This document shows positions 11,973 through 22,995 of a DNA stretch of 64,000 nucleotides, piece after piece. Under the pieces are notes generated by a model. The model searched no databases. It was not told where the DNA came from and was given only the letters and a program-made list of their open reading frames with translations. Each line of letters starts with the position of its first letter. Position 1 is the first letter of the stretch. A program made the translations under genes and the position numbers. Source of the DNA: Candidatus Aminicenantes bacterium UBA6072 (GTDB lineage: Bacteria; Acidobacteriota; Aminicenantia; UBA2199); contig DIXU01000008.1 in NCBI GenBank assembly GCA_002436105.1, positions 145,979-209,978 of the forward strand, read 5' to 3'.

Positions 11973-12218
11973 ATGAATTTATCTCCGCTCAACCTCGTTC
12001 CCTGCCAAATCCCGCAGCGCATCGTCGAGATCAAGGCCGGCACGGAAGCCAAAAGGAAGTTCCTGGCCATGGGACTGCACGTAGGCGATTCGATCGTCAA
12101 GCTGAACCGTTCCAGCTGGAGCCCGGTTCTGATCCGCAACCTCACCACCGGCTCCAGCAAGATCGCCATCGGCCAGGGGCTGGCCAGGAAGATCCTGGTG
12201 GTCGATGCCCGTGCATAA
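11973..12218 (+). CDS. feoA: ferrous iron transport protein A
   Basis: 81-aa FeoA/SH3-like domain. Overlaps feoB start by 14 nt. Confidence 0.75.
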   Translation: MNLSPLNLVPCQIPQRIVEIKAGTEAKRKFLAMGLHVGDSIVKLNRSSWSPVLIRNLTTGSSKIAIGQGLARKILVVDARA

Positions 12219-14127
12219 GGTCGTTCTCGTCGGCCAGCCCAATGCCGGCAAAAGCACCCTGTTCAACGTCCTTTCCGACATCAAGTCAGCCTCCGGCAAT
12301 TTCGCCGGCACCAGCGTTCGCCTCACCCAGAGCACCGTGCAGCTGGACGGACGGGTCTTTCAGCTGCTGGACCTGCCGGGTTGCTATTCGCTGAATGCCG
12401 GCGACGACGCCGAGCGCATCTCCCGCGACCATCTGCTGGGCCAGCCGGTCGACCTGGTCATCAACGTGGTCGACTCCATGCAGCTGGCACGCAGCCTGGA
12501 ACTGACCTACGAACTGCTGGAACTGGGGCTGCCCATGGCCGTCGCCCTGAACATGCAGGATGAGGCCGAGAAGCACGGCCTGCTCATCGACCATGAAAAA
12601 CTGGAGCGGGAACTGGGAGTGCCGGTCGTTCCCACTTCCGCCCTGCACGGCAAGGGGGTTCGGCAGCTCATGGATCGCTCCCTGCGCCGGCTGGACGCGC
12701 CGCCTTCTCCGCGTCCCGCCCCGGCCTACACCGCCCACATCGAAGCCCATGTGCGGAAGCTGTCGGCCGCCCTGCCGCAGCCGGGCCCCGGGCACAACGG
12801 CAGCCGCCGCTTCTACGCCATCAAGGCCATCGAGAACCCGGACATGGTACCCAGCGAGTGGCTCCGCCCCCTGGAAGGGAACATCGCGGCCGCCTGCGCG
12901 CAGATCCGCGAGATCCACCAGCTGGAGTGCTTCGAGACGATCTCCTGCGAGCGCCATCACCTGGCCATGAAACTGAGCGAGGAGACCTGCGAGTTCGTCC
13001 CGCGCAGGACGATCCACCTGCACGACCGCATGGACCGCTTCCTGCTCCATCCGCTGCTGGGCCGTCTTTTCCTGCTCGCCTATTTCCTGACCTTTTTCAC
13101 CGTCATTTATGTCACCGGCGGCCTCTTCTCGGGCTGGATCGAACCGCTGCTGAACCGCGGGCACGCGCTGCTTCTGCCCCTGCAGCAGGTATGGCAGCCC
13201 CTCTGGCTGACGGCCGACGGCATTTACCAGGGATTGTCCGGGGCGCTGGGGATCGTCCTGCCCTATTTCCTGCCGCTCATCCTGCTCCATGCCATTTTCG
13301 AGGACTCCGGCTACCTCTCGCGCGTCGCCTTCCTGCTGGACGGCCTCCTGCACCGCGTCGGGCTGCACGGCAAATCGGTGGCCGCTTTCATCCTCGGCTT
13401 CGGCTGCACCGCGCCGGCCCTCTACGCCACGCGCATCCTGGAAAACAAGCGCGACCGCGTCCTGAGCGCCCTGCTGCTGCCGTTCATCCCCTGCTCGGCG
13501 CGCAACGCCATCATTTTCGCCATGAGCGCCGCGCTGGCCGGACCGTTGTGGGCCATGGTGATCTACCTCTTCGTGCTGCTGGTGATCGGGGTCACCGGCA
13601 GGCTCATCTCGCTGTTCCTGCCCAGGCCGGGCGGCTTGATCATGGAGATCCCGGACTTGAGAACGCCTTCCCTGCGCAACGCCCTGTCGGCCAGCGGCCG
13701 GCAATTGAAGGAGTTCGCGTTCACCGTCGTGCCCTGGCTGCTGCTGGGCAGCGCCGCCATGTCCTGGCTGGGGCGACTGGACCTCAGCGGCGCCATCGAC
13801 GCCCTGTTCGCGCCGCTGATCAACGGGCTGTTGGGACTGCCCGCCGCGCTGGGCACGACGCTGGTCTTCGGCTTCTTCCGCAAGGAACTGATCGTCGTCA
13901 TGGCCCAGCAGGCCCTGGGCGCCGCCTCGCTGGCGCTGCTGCCGCTGACGGCCGGCCAGGCCGTGGTCTTCCTGGTCTTCGTGACCCTTTATTTTCCCTG
14001 CTTCAGCACGTTCGTGGTCATGGGCCGGGAGTTCGGCTGGAGGATCGCGGGCGCCTCGGCCGTGCTGAGCGTGATCGTGGCCACGCTGGCGGCCTGGCTG
14101 TTCAAGGTCGTCATCCTCTTTTTTTAG
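12205..14127 (+). CDS. feoB: ferrous iron transport protein B
   Basis: N-terminal G-domain ([13 protein letters not shown]), a gate region, and a C-terminal polytopic membrane domain. Confidence 0.9.
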   Translation: MPVHKVVLVGQPNAGKSTLFNVLSDIKSASGNFAGTSVRLTQSTVQLDGRVFQLLDLPGCYSLNAGDDAERISRDHLLGQPVDLVINVVDSMQLARSLELTYELLELGLPMAVALNMQDEAEKHGLLIDHEKLERELGVPVVPTSALHGKGVRQLMDRSLRRLDAPPSPRPAPAYTAHIEAHVRKLSAALPQPGPGHNGSRRFYAIKAIENPDMVPSEWLRPLEGNIAAACAQIREIHQLECFETISCERHHLAMKLSEETCEFVPRRTIHLHDRMDRFLLHPLLGRLFLLAYFLTFFTVIYVTGGLFSGWIEPLLNRGHALLLPLQQVWQPLWLTADGIYQGLSGALGIVLPYFLPLILLHAIFEDSGYLSRVAFLLDGLLHRVGLHGKSVAAFILGFGCTAPALYATRILENKRDRVLSALLLPFIPCSARNAIIFAMSAALAGPLWAMVIYLFVLLVIGVTGRLISLFLPRPGGLIMEIPDLRTPSLRNALSASGRQLKEFAFTVVPWLLLGSAAMSWLGRLDLSGAIDALFAPLINGLLGLPAALGTTLVFGFFRKELIVVMAQQALGAASLALLPLTAGQAVVFLVFVTLYFPCFSTFVVMGREFGWRIAGASAVLSVIVATLAAWLFKVVILFF

Positions 14128-14196
14128 GGCCAGCCGGGGGGGCGGCCGAACCATACGCCGCCAGCGGGAAAAAATGATATTTCTCCCGCTTCGCGG

Positions 14197-14226
14197 TTGA
14201 CTTCCTTTCCCGCCGTCGGGTACAAT
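14197..14226 (+). promoter_or_regulatory. sigma70-like promoter (TTGACT-18-TACAAT) with likely leaderless start
   Basis: Hexamers at 14197-14202 and 14221-14226. The ATG at 14234 is about 8 nt after the -10. Confidence 0.5.
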
Positions 14227-14233
14227 GGCCGGA

Positions 14234-14929
14234 ATGTGGCTGACCTACCTGCTCTTTTATGTGGGATGCTTTTTCATCGCTTTTTTCCTCTGCATCCCCA
14301 TCGGCCCGGTCAACCTGCAGGTGTTCCAGCGCGCCGTCAAGAAGGAGCACGCCCAGGCGCTCAGCCTCGCCTTCGGCGCCGCCCTCGGCGACTCGGTCTG
14401 GGCCATGGCCGCCTTTTTCGGCATCACCCCCTTCCTGAAGAACGGCTACAACCTGAGCCTCGAAGGGATCTTCCTGCTGATCACCGCCATCGTCACGTTC
14501 GTCCTGGGATTGCTCGCGCTCAAGGACGCGCGCTTCCTCGAGCGCATCGAGGAGATTGAGAAGAAGGAGGAGGCATTCGCCGCCAAGCTCCAGAGAAAGC
14601 GCTGGGCCTTTCTCCAGGGCCTGCTGATGGTGCTGGTCAATCCCCTGGGCATCGCATCGTGGATGATCGCCCTCTCCTTTCTGAAGAAACTCCGCATCTA
14701 TATTCCCCTGACCCTGAACTATGAGCTGCTGTTCATGGTGGTCGTCCTGCTCGGCGCCTTCTCCTATTTCACCCTGATCATCCTGATCACCCACCGCGTG
14801 AAGGCTTTATGCCTGCCCCATAACACGCGCAAGGTCATCCGCATTCTGGGCTACGTTCTGATCGGTTTCAGCATCTATTTCCTGTATTTCGCGCTCAAGG
14901 CGTTGTTCTTCGCCCCCGGGCCGCACTAG
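14234..14929 (+). CDS. LysE/RhtB-family amino-acid exporter
   Basis: About 230 aa with six TM helices and an N-terminal LysE-type motif (IPIGPVNL). Start set at the second ATG, the first overlaps the -10. Confidence 0.65.
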   Translation: MWLTYLLFYVGCFFIAFFLCIPIGPVNLQVFQRAVKKEHAQALSLAFGAALGDSVWAMAAFFGITPFLKNGYNLSLEGIFLLITAIVTFVLGLLALKDARFLERIEEIEKKEEAFAAKLQRKRWAFLQGLLMVLVNPLGIASWMIALSFLKKLRIYIPLTLNYELLFMVVVLLGAFSYFTLIILITHRVKALCLPHNTRKVIRILGYVLIGFSIYFLYFALKALFFAPGPH

Positions 14930-14971
14930 CGTGGCGCAGGCCGTCACCGCCCCCAACGCCGCCCGCTGAAC

Positions 14972-15709
14972 ATGCCCCAGGCTTCGATCCCGGCCCTGGT
15001 CCTGTCCACCTCGCCGTTGAACGAGCAGGACAAGCTGGTCACGCTGCTGACTGCCGACCAGGGCTTGCTCAAGGCCGTGGCCCCCGGGGCGGCGAAGATG
15101 AAAAACCGCTTCGGCTCGCTGCTGGAGCCTTTCACCGAGGGGGACTTCCACTATTACTGGCGCGAGGACAGAGAACTGGTCACGCTCGGCAAGGGCGAGA
15201 TCCGCAAGAGCTTCTTTTCCGTGGTGTCCGCGGCGGAGAATGTTTTTTACTTTTATCTCCTGGCCGAGATCACGCTGAAGTTCATGCAGCCCGGTCACCG
15301 CGAGCCCCGCGTTTACAAGCTGCTGCTGGCCATTCTGCGCTCCAGGGAGAAAGGGGTGGCCATGGACTGGCTGCTGCTCTACTTCCTGGCCTGGCTTTTG
15401 CGCAGCGAGGGGCTGCTGTTCAACCCGCGGCGCTGCTCGAACTGCGGCGCCCGCGACCTCGAGCGGGCCTGGCTGCGCAACGACTACCGCGGGCTGCTCT
15501 GTCCCGCCTGCCGCTCGGGCGAACGCCTGGCGCTGTCCCGCGACGAGCTGGAGTTCATCGCCTGGACCGCCGCCCACGCCCCCGGGCAGTGCGGCGAGTG
15601 GGCCGATCGCTTCGCGCCGGCCGGCCTGATCCGCACCTTGACGGGAAAGATCGAGCACCACGGCGAGTTCACGCTGCAATCGCGACGCTACCTCCGCGAA
15701 TTCCACTGA
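14972..15709 (+). CDS. recO: DNA repair protein RecO
   Basis: 245 aa with an N-terminal OB-fold region and a C-terminal CxxC...CxxC zinc motif (CSNCGA...CPAC). Confidence 0.8.
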   Translation: MPQASIPALVLSTSPLNEQDKLVTLLTADQGLLKAVAPGAAKMKNRFGSLLEPFTEGDFHYYWREDRELVTLGKGEIRKSFFSVVSAAENVFYFYLLAEITLKFMQPGHREPRVYKLLLAILRSREKGVAMDWLLLYFLAWLLRSEGLLFNPRRCSNCGARDLERAWLRNDYRGLLCPACRSGERLALSRDELEFIAWTAAHAPGQCGEWADRFAPAGLIRTLTGKIEHHGEFTLQSRRYLREFH

Positions 15710-15741
15710 AAAAAAAAGGGGGAGGGGAAATCCCCTCCCCC
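15710..15741. terminator. intrinsic terminator (A8 + GGGGGAGGGG/CCCCTCCCCC hairpin)
   Basis: 10-bp perfect stem with aaat loop. The A-tract on plus strand acts as a U-tract for the minus-strand OMP gene ending at 15762. Confidence 0.7.
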
Positions 15742-15761
15742 GCAGCGGGAATCTTCTTCGC

Positions 15762-16274
15762 TCAGATCGGAAAGGTGACGCCCAGCAGCCCGCCCACGCC
15801 GGTCCAGTCGCCGATGACGCTGAAATTCAGCCGCAGGCTGACGGCCATCTTCTCGGAAAACCAGTAGCGGCCGGCGACGAATGGCGAAAGATAGAGGCCC
15901 GAGGAGCCGCCATAGCCCTCCTTGGCGGAGAAGATCGCGAAGCCCAGGCTGGCGCCGGCGAACAGGTCGAGCTTGTCCACGTCAAGCCGGGTGAAATGAT
16001 AGGCCCCGTCGGCCGACGGCATGATGATGGTGCCGTGGCTCCAGAGCCACATCATGACCGTTCCGCCGACGCCGATGTTCTCGGTGATGGCGGTCTCGAA
16101 GTTGACGCCGAAGGGGATGGCGTAGGAATTGAGGCCGATCTGCGGCGTGAGGAATTTGTCGCCCTTGTGGAATTGCAACTGGGCGTTCTTCTTCCCCTTG
16201 GGAGCCGCCGCCAGGGCCAGGGACATGCACAAGATCAGGACAAACAGTGCCAGAATGGATCGCTTGAATTTCAT
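15762..16274 (-). CDS. small outer-membrane beta-barrel protein (OmpW/OmpA-like)
   Basis: Signal peptide, then alternating hydrophobic beta-strand pattern. Paralogous to 16348..16869. Confidence 0.55.
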   Translation of the reverse strand: MKFKRSILALFVLILCMSLALAAAPKGKKNAQLQFHKGDKFLTPQIGLNSYAIPFGVNFETAITENIGVGGTVMMWLWSHGTIIMPSADGAYHFTRLDVDKLDLFAGASLGFAIFSAKEGYGGSSGLYLSPFVAGRYWFSEKMAVSLRLNFSVIGDWTGVGGLLGVTFPI

Positions 16275-16347
16275 GTTTCCTCCCGGATCGAATAGTCACC
16301 ATACGCCGCCGGCGCCGCTGAAGCGGGACACGGGCGGCGCCTGTGGC

Positions 16348-16869
16348 CTATAGTCCGTGATAGAATCCGGCATACAGCTTGAAGAACGTTCCGGTTTCCT
16401 CCTCGGCGAAAGAAACCTTCAAGGTGGTGCCGGCGCGCAGCCCCATCTTTTCATTCAAGGCATACTCGACCCCGCCGCCGATATTGAAGCCGATATCGGA
16501 GTCACTGCCCGAGAAACCCATGAAGGTGACGCTGGTGTGAATCAGGCAGATGCCGGCCTTGCCGAACAGCGTTAGCCCACCCGACAAGCCGTGCTTGTAA
16601 ACGCCGTTCAGGTTCAGTCCCCAGGCGCTGGAATCGAGGCCCGATCCCGCCGGGTTGAAGTAATACTCGAAGAGTCCCTCGGCGAACAGCTTCGGACTGA
16701 AGCCGTACTGGAAGCCGGCATCGAAGAACAGCCCTTCAAAATCGGAAACGGCCAGGCCCAGGTCGCCGAAAACCTGCATTTCGGGTTTCTGCGCTTCCTT
16801 CTTTCCCGCGGCAAAGCCCAGGGAAGACAGCAGCAGCACGCACAAAATGAAAGGCAGTATTTTTTTCAT
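16348..16869 (-). CDS. small outer-membrane beta-barrel protein
   Basis: Start MKKILPF with signal peptide (ATG 16867-16869, RBS AGGAGG). Tandem paralog of 15762..16274. Confidence 0.55.
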   Translation of the reverse strand: MKKILPFILCVLLLSSLGFAAGKKEAQKPEMQVFGDLGLAVSDFEGLFFDAGFQYGFSPKLFAEGLFEYYFNPAGSGLDSSAWGLNLNGVYKHGLSGGLTLFGKAGICLIHTSVTFMGFSGSDSDIGFNIGGGVEYALNEKMGLRAGTTLKVSFAEEETGTFFKLYAGFYHGL

Positions 16870-16930
16870 TATTTCCTCCTGGCGGATACTATACGCAAAC
16901 ACGATAAAATATCAAGGGCCCGTGAGCGGG

Positions 16931-17980
16931 TCATTCGCCGCTCATGGCCGCGGCCACGGGCCTGAGGCCGGGGATGCTTTCGAAAACGATCTTGATGACC
17001 GCGGTGATGGGCACGGCCAGGAACATTCCGACCAGACCCCACAGCCAGCCCCAGAAAACCAGCGAGAGCAGGATGATGATCGGCGAGAGGTTCATGCTCT
17101 TGCCCATGACCTGCGGCTCGAGCACGTTGCCCATGGCGAACTGCATGAGCATCAGCCCGGCGGCGACCAGGACCAGGCGCAGGCAGAAGCCGTACTTCAG
17201 GAAGGTGATCAGAACCGGGAAGATCGTGCTGAGCAGCGAGCCGAAGGTGGGGATGTAATTCAGCAAAAAGACCAGCAGGGCGGTGAAGATGACGAAATCG
17301 ACCCGGCCCACGATCAGGATCAGTGCCGCCAGCGCGGCGGTGGCCGCGCTCATCAGGGTCTTGATGAACAGGTAATGCTGGATTCTGGCCTCGATGGTCG
17401 TGACCATGTCCAGCAACTCCTCCGCCCGATCCCGGGACAGGGTCCGGGCGATGCGCGTGACCATCGGCACCCTCTCGCCCAGCATGAACATCAGCAGCAG
17501 CAGCACCAGCAGGAGGTTGCCGATAAAATTGGTAAAATTCCCCATGGCCCCCGAAACCAGAGCCGTGATCTGGGCGGGATTGAAAATATTATCCCAATCG
17601 ATGCCGGCAATGTAATGCTTGACATCGATCAGCGGCAGCTTAAAATTGGCCAGCGAACTCTTGAGCAGCTGCGTCACCTTTTCACTGTATGCCGGGAAAT
17701 GGTTGATGAAGGAGGCGGCGCCGGTGAAAAGCAGCAGCCCGCTCAGGAAAAGGCCCAGGAAGATGAGCGCCAGCACTCCGGCCAGGGCCAGGGGCTTGGG
17801 GACGCGCCAGCCCAGCAGCCGGCGCATGATCCCGTTCAGCAGGAAAAAGAGGAACAGGGCGATGCAGAAAGGGATGAAGATGGCGCGCAACTCCCGCAGC
17901 ACGATGACAACGAAAACCGCTGCAATGAAGGCAAAAGCCGCCTTCAGGAGCCCCGTGTCCCCCCGAAGGCCGTCAGCCAT
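16931..17980 (-). CDS. AI-2E family transporter (PerM/TqsA-like)
   Basis: Eight predicted TMs. Conserved C-terminal region (LxxVxxxGxxFLxxPL) typical of the AI-2E/UPF0118 family. Confidence 0.7.
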   Translation of the reverse strand: MADGLRGDTGLLKAAFAFIAAVFVVIVLRELRAIFIPFCIALFLFFLLNGIMRRLLGWRVPKPLALAGVLALIFLGLFLSGLLLFTGAASFINHFPAYSEKVTQLLKSSLANFKLPLIDVKHYIAGIDWDNIFNPAQITALVSGAMGNFTNFIGNLLLVLLLLMFMLGERVPMVTRIARTLSRDRAEELLDMVTTIEARIQHYLFIKTLMSAATAALAALILIVGRVDFVIFTALLVFLLNYIPTFGSLLSTIFPVLITFLKYGFCLRLVLVAAGLMLMQFAMGNVLEPQVMGKSMNLSPIIILLSLVFWGWLWGLVGMFLAVPITAVIKIVFESIPGLRPVAAAMSGE

Positions 17981-18329
17981 AGTTTTCGATCTGGTCCACG
18001 ACGTCGATGACCTCGTCACGCTTGAAGAACAGGAAGTTCGTCACCATGCGGTAGGAGAACGAGTAGCGGATGACTCCGCCTTCGAGCCGGGCGGCGATTT
18101 CCAGGATCTCGATATCGTGCTTCAGCAGGATTTCCTCGATGACCGCCATCAGCGCGGCATCATCCCGGTCTCCGCCGCGCGTGCTTCCCAAGGTGTCGAA
18201 TATCTCCTTCTTGATCTGCTTTTTCTCCAGGTTGCTCCCGATGTACTGGAACGCCATGTAGCCGCCGATGGCCAGTATGGCGATGGCGATCAGGCTCATG
18301 AAGGTCATTTTCCCGCTTTGTCCTTTCAT
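17973..18329 (-). CDS. small membrane-anchored protein (118 aa), translationally coupled to sucD
   Basis: ATG overlaps sucD stop (ATGA) and is preceded by GAGGGAGGA. Single N-terminal TM. The longer track ORF 17973..18869 is a frame artefact. Confidence 0.5.
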   Translation of the reverse strand: MKGQSGKMTFMSLIAIAILAIGGYMAFQYIGSNLEKKQIKKEIFDTLGSTRGGDRDDAALMAVIEEILLKHDIEILEIAARLEGGVIRYSFSYRMVTNFLFFKRDEVIDVVDQIENYG

Positions 18330-19237
18330 CGTCCTCCCTCCTTGCTTTTCGCGATTCGACCCGGGGCCTGGCCCAGGATCCTTCTTGCCGCCCGGCCGAT
18401 CTCGGCCGGGTTCTCCACCACGTGAACGCCGTGCTCGCGCAGCACCGCCATCTTCTCGGCGGCGGTGCCGCGGCCGCCGGAGATGATGGCACCGGCATGG
18501 CCCATGCGCCTGCCGGGCGGCGCGGTCTGGCCGGCAATGAACGACAGGACCGGCTTGGCGAAGCCCTTGCCGATGAATTCCGCCGCCTGCTCCTCCATGC
18601 TGCCGCCGATTTCGCCGATCATGACCACCGCCGCGGTCTGCTCGTCGGCGCCGAACAGCTCCAGGGCGTCGACGAAGCTGGTGCCGATGATCGGATCGCC
18701 GCCGATGCCGATGCAGGTGGATTGCCCCAGGCCCTCGCCGCTGATCTGGTCCACGGCGACGTAGGTCAGCGTTCCGGAACGCGATACGATGCCGACGCGG
18801 CCCGGGCGGTGGATGCGCGCAGGCATGATCCCGACCTTGCACTTGCCCGGCGAGATGACCCCGGGGCAATTCGGCCCGATCAGCCGCGAGCGCGTCGTGC
18901 CCAGGAAGCTCTTCACCTTCACCATGTCCAGGGCCGGCACCCCCTCGCTGATGCAGACGATCAGCCGGATATCGGACAGGGCCGCCTCGATGATGGCGTC
19001 GGCGGCGAACGCGGCCGGAACGAAGATGACCGACACGTCGGCCCCGGTCTCGCGGACGGCTTCGGCCACGGTGTGGAAGACCGGCCGCTCCAGGTGCATC
19101 TGCCCGCCTTTGCCCGGCGTGACGCCGCCGACCACGCGCGTGCCGTACTCGATCATCTGTGCGGCGTGGAACGACCCCTCCCGTCCCGTGAAACCCTGGA
19201 CGATCACCCGCGAATTCCCGTCGATGAGGATGGACAT
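18326..19237 (-). CDS. sucD: succinyl-CoA ligase alpha subunit
   Basis: CoA-binding and catalytic-His region (MGHAGAII). Confidence 0.9.
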   Translation of the reverse strand: MSILIDGNSRVIVQGFTGREGSFHAAQMIEYGTRVVGGVTPGKGGQMHLERPVFHTVAEAVRETGADVSVIFVPAAFAADAIIEAALSDIRLIVCISEGVPALDMVKVKSFLGTTRSRLIGPNCPGVISPGKCKVGIMPARIHRPGRVGIVSRSGTLTYVAVDQISGEGLGQSTCIGIGGDPIIGTSFVDALELFGADEQTAAVVMIGEIGGSMEEQAAEFIGKGFAKPVLSFIAGQTAPPGRRMGHAGAIISGGRGTAAEKMAVLREHGVHVVENPAEIGRAARRILGQAPGRIAKSKEGGR

Positions 19238-19239
19238 GG

Positions 19240-20406
<1,167 letters not shown>

Positions 20407-20412
20407 CGTCTC

Positions 20413-20970
20413 CTATTTCCGCTCGTACTGCCTGCGGCCCTCCTCATAGATGTCGCCGCCGTACATGTCGTTGATCACCTGGGCCGGGAAGTCCTTCACC
20501 TCCAGCCTGCGGATGGCTTCCGGACCCAGCTCGGGGTAGGCAACCACCTCGGCCTTGAGGATGCTCTTGGAGACCAGGGCGGCGGCGCCGCCGGTCACGG
20601 CCAGGTAGACGGCCTTGTGCCTGCGGAGCGCCTCCTTCACCTCGGAGTTGCGCGACCCCTTGCCGATCGAGGCTTTCAGGCCGAGCTCGTGCAGCTTGGG
20701 AGCGTAGGCGTCCATGCGGTAGCTGGTGGTCGGCCCGGCCGAGCCAATGGGGTTGCCGGGCCGGGCCGGCGTCGGTCCCACGTAAAAAATGACCTGGCCG
20801 CGCAAATCGAAGGGCAGTTCCGCGCCGGCGGCGATCAGGTCGGTCAGCTTCTTGTGGGCGGCGTCGCGGCCGGTATACATGGTGCCGCTGATCAGCACGT
20901 TGTCCCCGGCCTTCAGGCCGGCGACGGTCTCATCGCTCATCGGGGTCGAAATTCGCTTGATTTCGCTCAC
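20413..20970 (-). CDS. class I fumarate hydratase / Fe-S hydro-lyase beta subunit (no alpha subunit adjacent)
   Basis: 185 aa homologous to FumA/TtdB C-terminal domain. The gene upstream is an unrelated propeller protein. Confidence 0.7.
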   Translation of the reverse strand: MSEIKRISTPMSDETVAGLKAGDNVLISGTMYTGRDAAHKKLTDLIAAGAELPFDLRGQVIFYVGPTPARPGNPIGSAGPTTSYRMDAYAPKLHELGLKASIGKGSRNSEVKEALRRHKAVYLAVTGGAAALVSKSILKAEVVAYPELGPEAIRRLEVKDFPAQVINDMYGGDIYEEGRRQYERK

Positions 20971-20979
20971 GGGGTCCTC

Positions 20980-22995
20980 CTAGATGGATTTTTGGAACAC
21001 CTTGTCGTTGCCGAACTCGTCGCTGAGCTTGATGAGCAGCATGCGCGAGTTTTTCGGGTTGCTCAGCTCGAAGCGGTAGGTCTCGACCCGCGAATCCCCG
21101 ACCAGGTCGTCCGGTAATACCGGGACCCACTCCTTGCCGTCCAGGGAATACAGCGCCAGGGCCACGGCCGAGGCCTGGTCCTCCGCCTTGAAGCGGACGC
21201 TGCGCCCCGTCATGGAGAACTCGGAGAGGAGCGGGGCCGTGGAATCGATGATGAACGGCGCCGAGGTCCGCACGGCGTTCCGGGCCCAGGCCGGGGCATT
21301 GTCCAGGCCGTCATCGGCCTGCACCTTCAGCTGGTACTTGCCGTCGGCGAAGAGCTCGCAGTCAAGGTACAGCCACTTCTCGCGAAGTTCCTTGCGCAGC
21401 GGCAGCCATTCATTGCCGGGAAGCTTGCGCAGGGACAGGGTGAAGTTCAGGCGGTCCTGGTTGGGGTCACTGGCCTCCCAGGAGACATGCAGGTATTTGT
21501 TCGGCGGCGTCGTCTCGGGGACCGGCTTCCTGTCGCCGGGACGCTGGACGAGGACGGGCCCGATCACCGGTTTCAGGTTGTCGGTCAGATAGTGGACGCG
21601 GTAGCCCGACAGCAGGGGGGACGCGCTGGGGCTGCTCGAGCTGAGCACGATCTTCACCTGCAGGAAGCGGTAGCCGCCGGTGTTGATGTTCGAGTTCTCC
21701 GGGTCGGTGAAGGGGGCCGACCAGTTCGTCCAGGAGCGGTCGGGATAATCGGAATTCCCCAGGCGCACGGAAAAGGAGACCGCTGAAGGGGCGGCATCCT
21801 CGACGTTCCAGGAAAGGCGGCCGAAGCGCGACTGGATGCGGGCGTCGAACACCTCGGAGAAGTACGTGCCGGTGGCGTTCATGCCTCCCTCCACCAGGGT
21901 GATGCCGGCCGTGTTGTTGGCGATCAGGTAGTAGCCCTTGCCCGGCGCAGCGCTGCCGACGATGCGGAAGATCTGGGCCGAGTCGCTCTCGCAGACTTGA
22001 GCGAAGGCGCCGGAGCGGTCCACGCGGTAGACGCGCCCGGCGTTGCCGGTGCCGATGACGACCGCTTTGGCCTGGCGGTCGAAATGGACGGCATAGGCCA
22101 GTTCCTCCGTCGAGGACCAGAGGGACTCGACCCCGCCGCCGGGGCTGAGGCAGTACAGGATGCTCTTTTCGCGGACCGCCTCCTTGTCGGGGGCCGTGTT
22201 CCGGGTGAACGCGGAGCCGATCTCGAATTCCTTGCCCGATTGCGGCGCCGGGACGCTCTTGACCGCGGTGAAATACACGTTGCCGTCATCGTCGCTGGTG
22301 ATGCCCTTGATCTCCTCGAGGGGGGAATCGAACAGCACGCGCACCTTGCGGTTCCTGATCTCGTAGAGGATGCCGCGGTCGCCGCTGCCGGCGAGGATGG
22401 CGTTGTCGGAAGTGACGTGCAGGCTGATGATATGCGAGTCCTCTGCCGTCAGCAGGTTCTCCACCGCGCCGCCCTTGGCGATGCTGTAGACGGCGCCGGT
22501 GTTGCCCAGGGCGCAGATGATGTTGCCCTGGCGGTCCTCGGCCAGGTCCCAGATGAATTTCTCGTCGGGATGGAACAGCTCAGTGGACTTGCCGTCCCTG
22601 GCGACGCGGACCACGCGGCCGTTGGGCGACGTGCCCACGATCACGTCGCCGCTGCCTTCGACCAGCAAGGCGTAGACGTCGAGCTGCTCGCCCTGGAAGA
22701 TCTTTTCGGTCTTGCCGGCCGCACTGACCCGGTAGACCGCGGCGTTGTGGCCCGTGCCCAGGTAGAGGTCGCCGGCGGAGGCGGCGGCGGCCAGGTAGAA
22801 TTCCTCGGCCGGACCGGGAATGCTCTTCAGCTTGGGCCCCAGGGAAAGGCCGCCGTTGCTGTCGATGCTGACATGGACGAAACTCCCCTTCTGAAAATCG
22901 GCCAGGCTTGACTTCTCGACCTGCTTCACCCGGACCGCGCCCAGGGCGGGGGCCAGGGCCAGCAGCGCGATGCCCGCTAGGATCTTGCTATTCAT
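20980..22995 (-). CDS. secreted beta-propeller protein (Reg_prop/Y_Y_Y-like repeats)
   Basis: Signal peptide, many repeated G-x-x-Y/SxDG blades, and a C-terminal Ig/FN3-like region. Overlaps the next gene by 8 nt. Confidence 0.55.
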   Translation of the reverse strand: MNSKILAGIALLALAPALGAVRVKQVEKSSLADFQKGSFVHVSIDSNGGLSLGPKLKSIPGPAEEFYLAAAASAGDLYLGTGHNAAVYRVSAAGKTEKIFQGEQLDVYALLVEGSGDVIVGTSPNGRVVRVARDGKSTELFHPDEKFIWDLAEDRQGNIICALGNTGAVYSIAKGGAVENLLTAEDSHIISLHVTSDNAILAGSGDRGILYEIRNRKVRVLFDSPLEEIKGITSDDDGNVYFTAVKSVPAPQSGKEFEIGSAFTRNTAPDKEAVREKSILYCLSPGGGVESLWSSTEELAYAVHFDRQAKAVVIGTGNAGRVYRVDRSGAFAQVCESDSAQIFRIVGSAAPGKGYYLIANNTAGITLVEGGMNATGTYFSEVFDARIQSRFGRLSWNVEDAAPSAVSFSVRLGNSDYPDRSWTNWSAPFTDPENSNINTGGYRFLQVKIVLSSSSPSASPLLSGYRVHYLTDNLKPVIGPVLVQRPGDRKPVPETTPPNKYLHVSWEASDPNQDRLNFTLSLRKLPGNEWLPLRKELREKWLYLDCELFADGKYQLKVQADDGLDNAPAWARNAVRTSAPFIIDSTAPLLSEFSMTGRSVRFKAEDQASAVALALYSLDGKEWVPVLPDDLVGDSRVETYRFELSNPKNSRMLLIKLSDEFGNDKVFQKSI

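Noticed and set aside
17973-18869. 298-aa minus-strand ORF overlapping sucD
   Set aside because: Only its last 118 codons (a TM protein with its own RBS and ATGA coupling) are credible. The N-terminal 180 codons are an out-of-frame overlap with sucD with Arg/Gly/Pro-rich junk translation.
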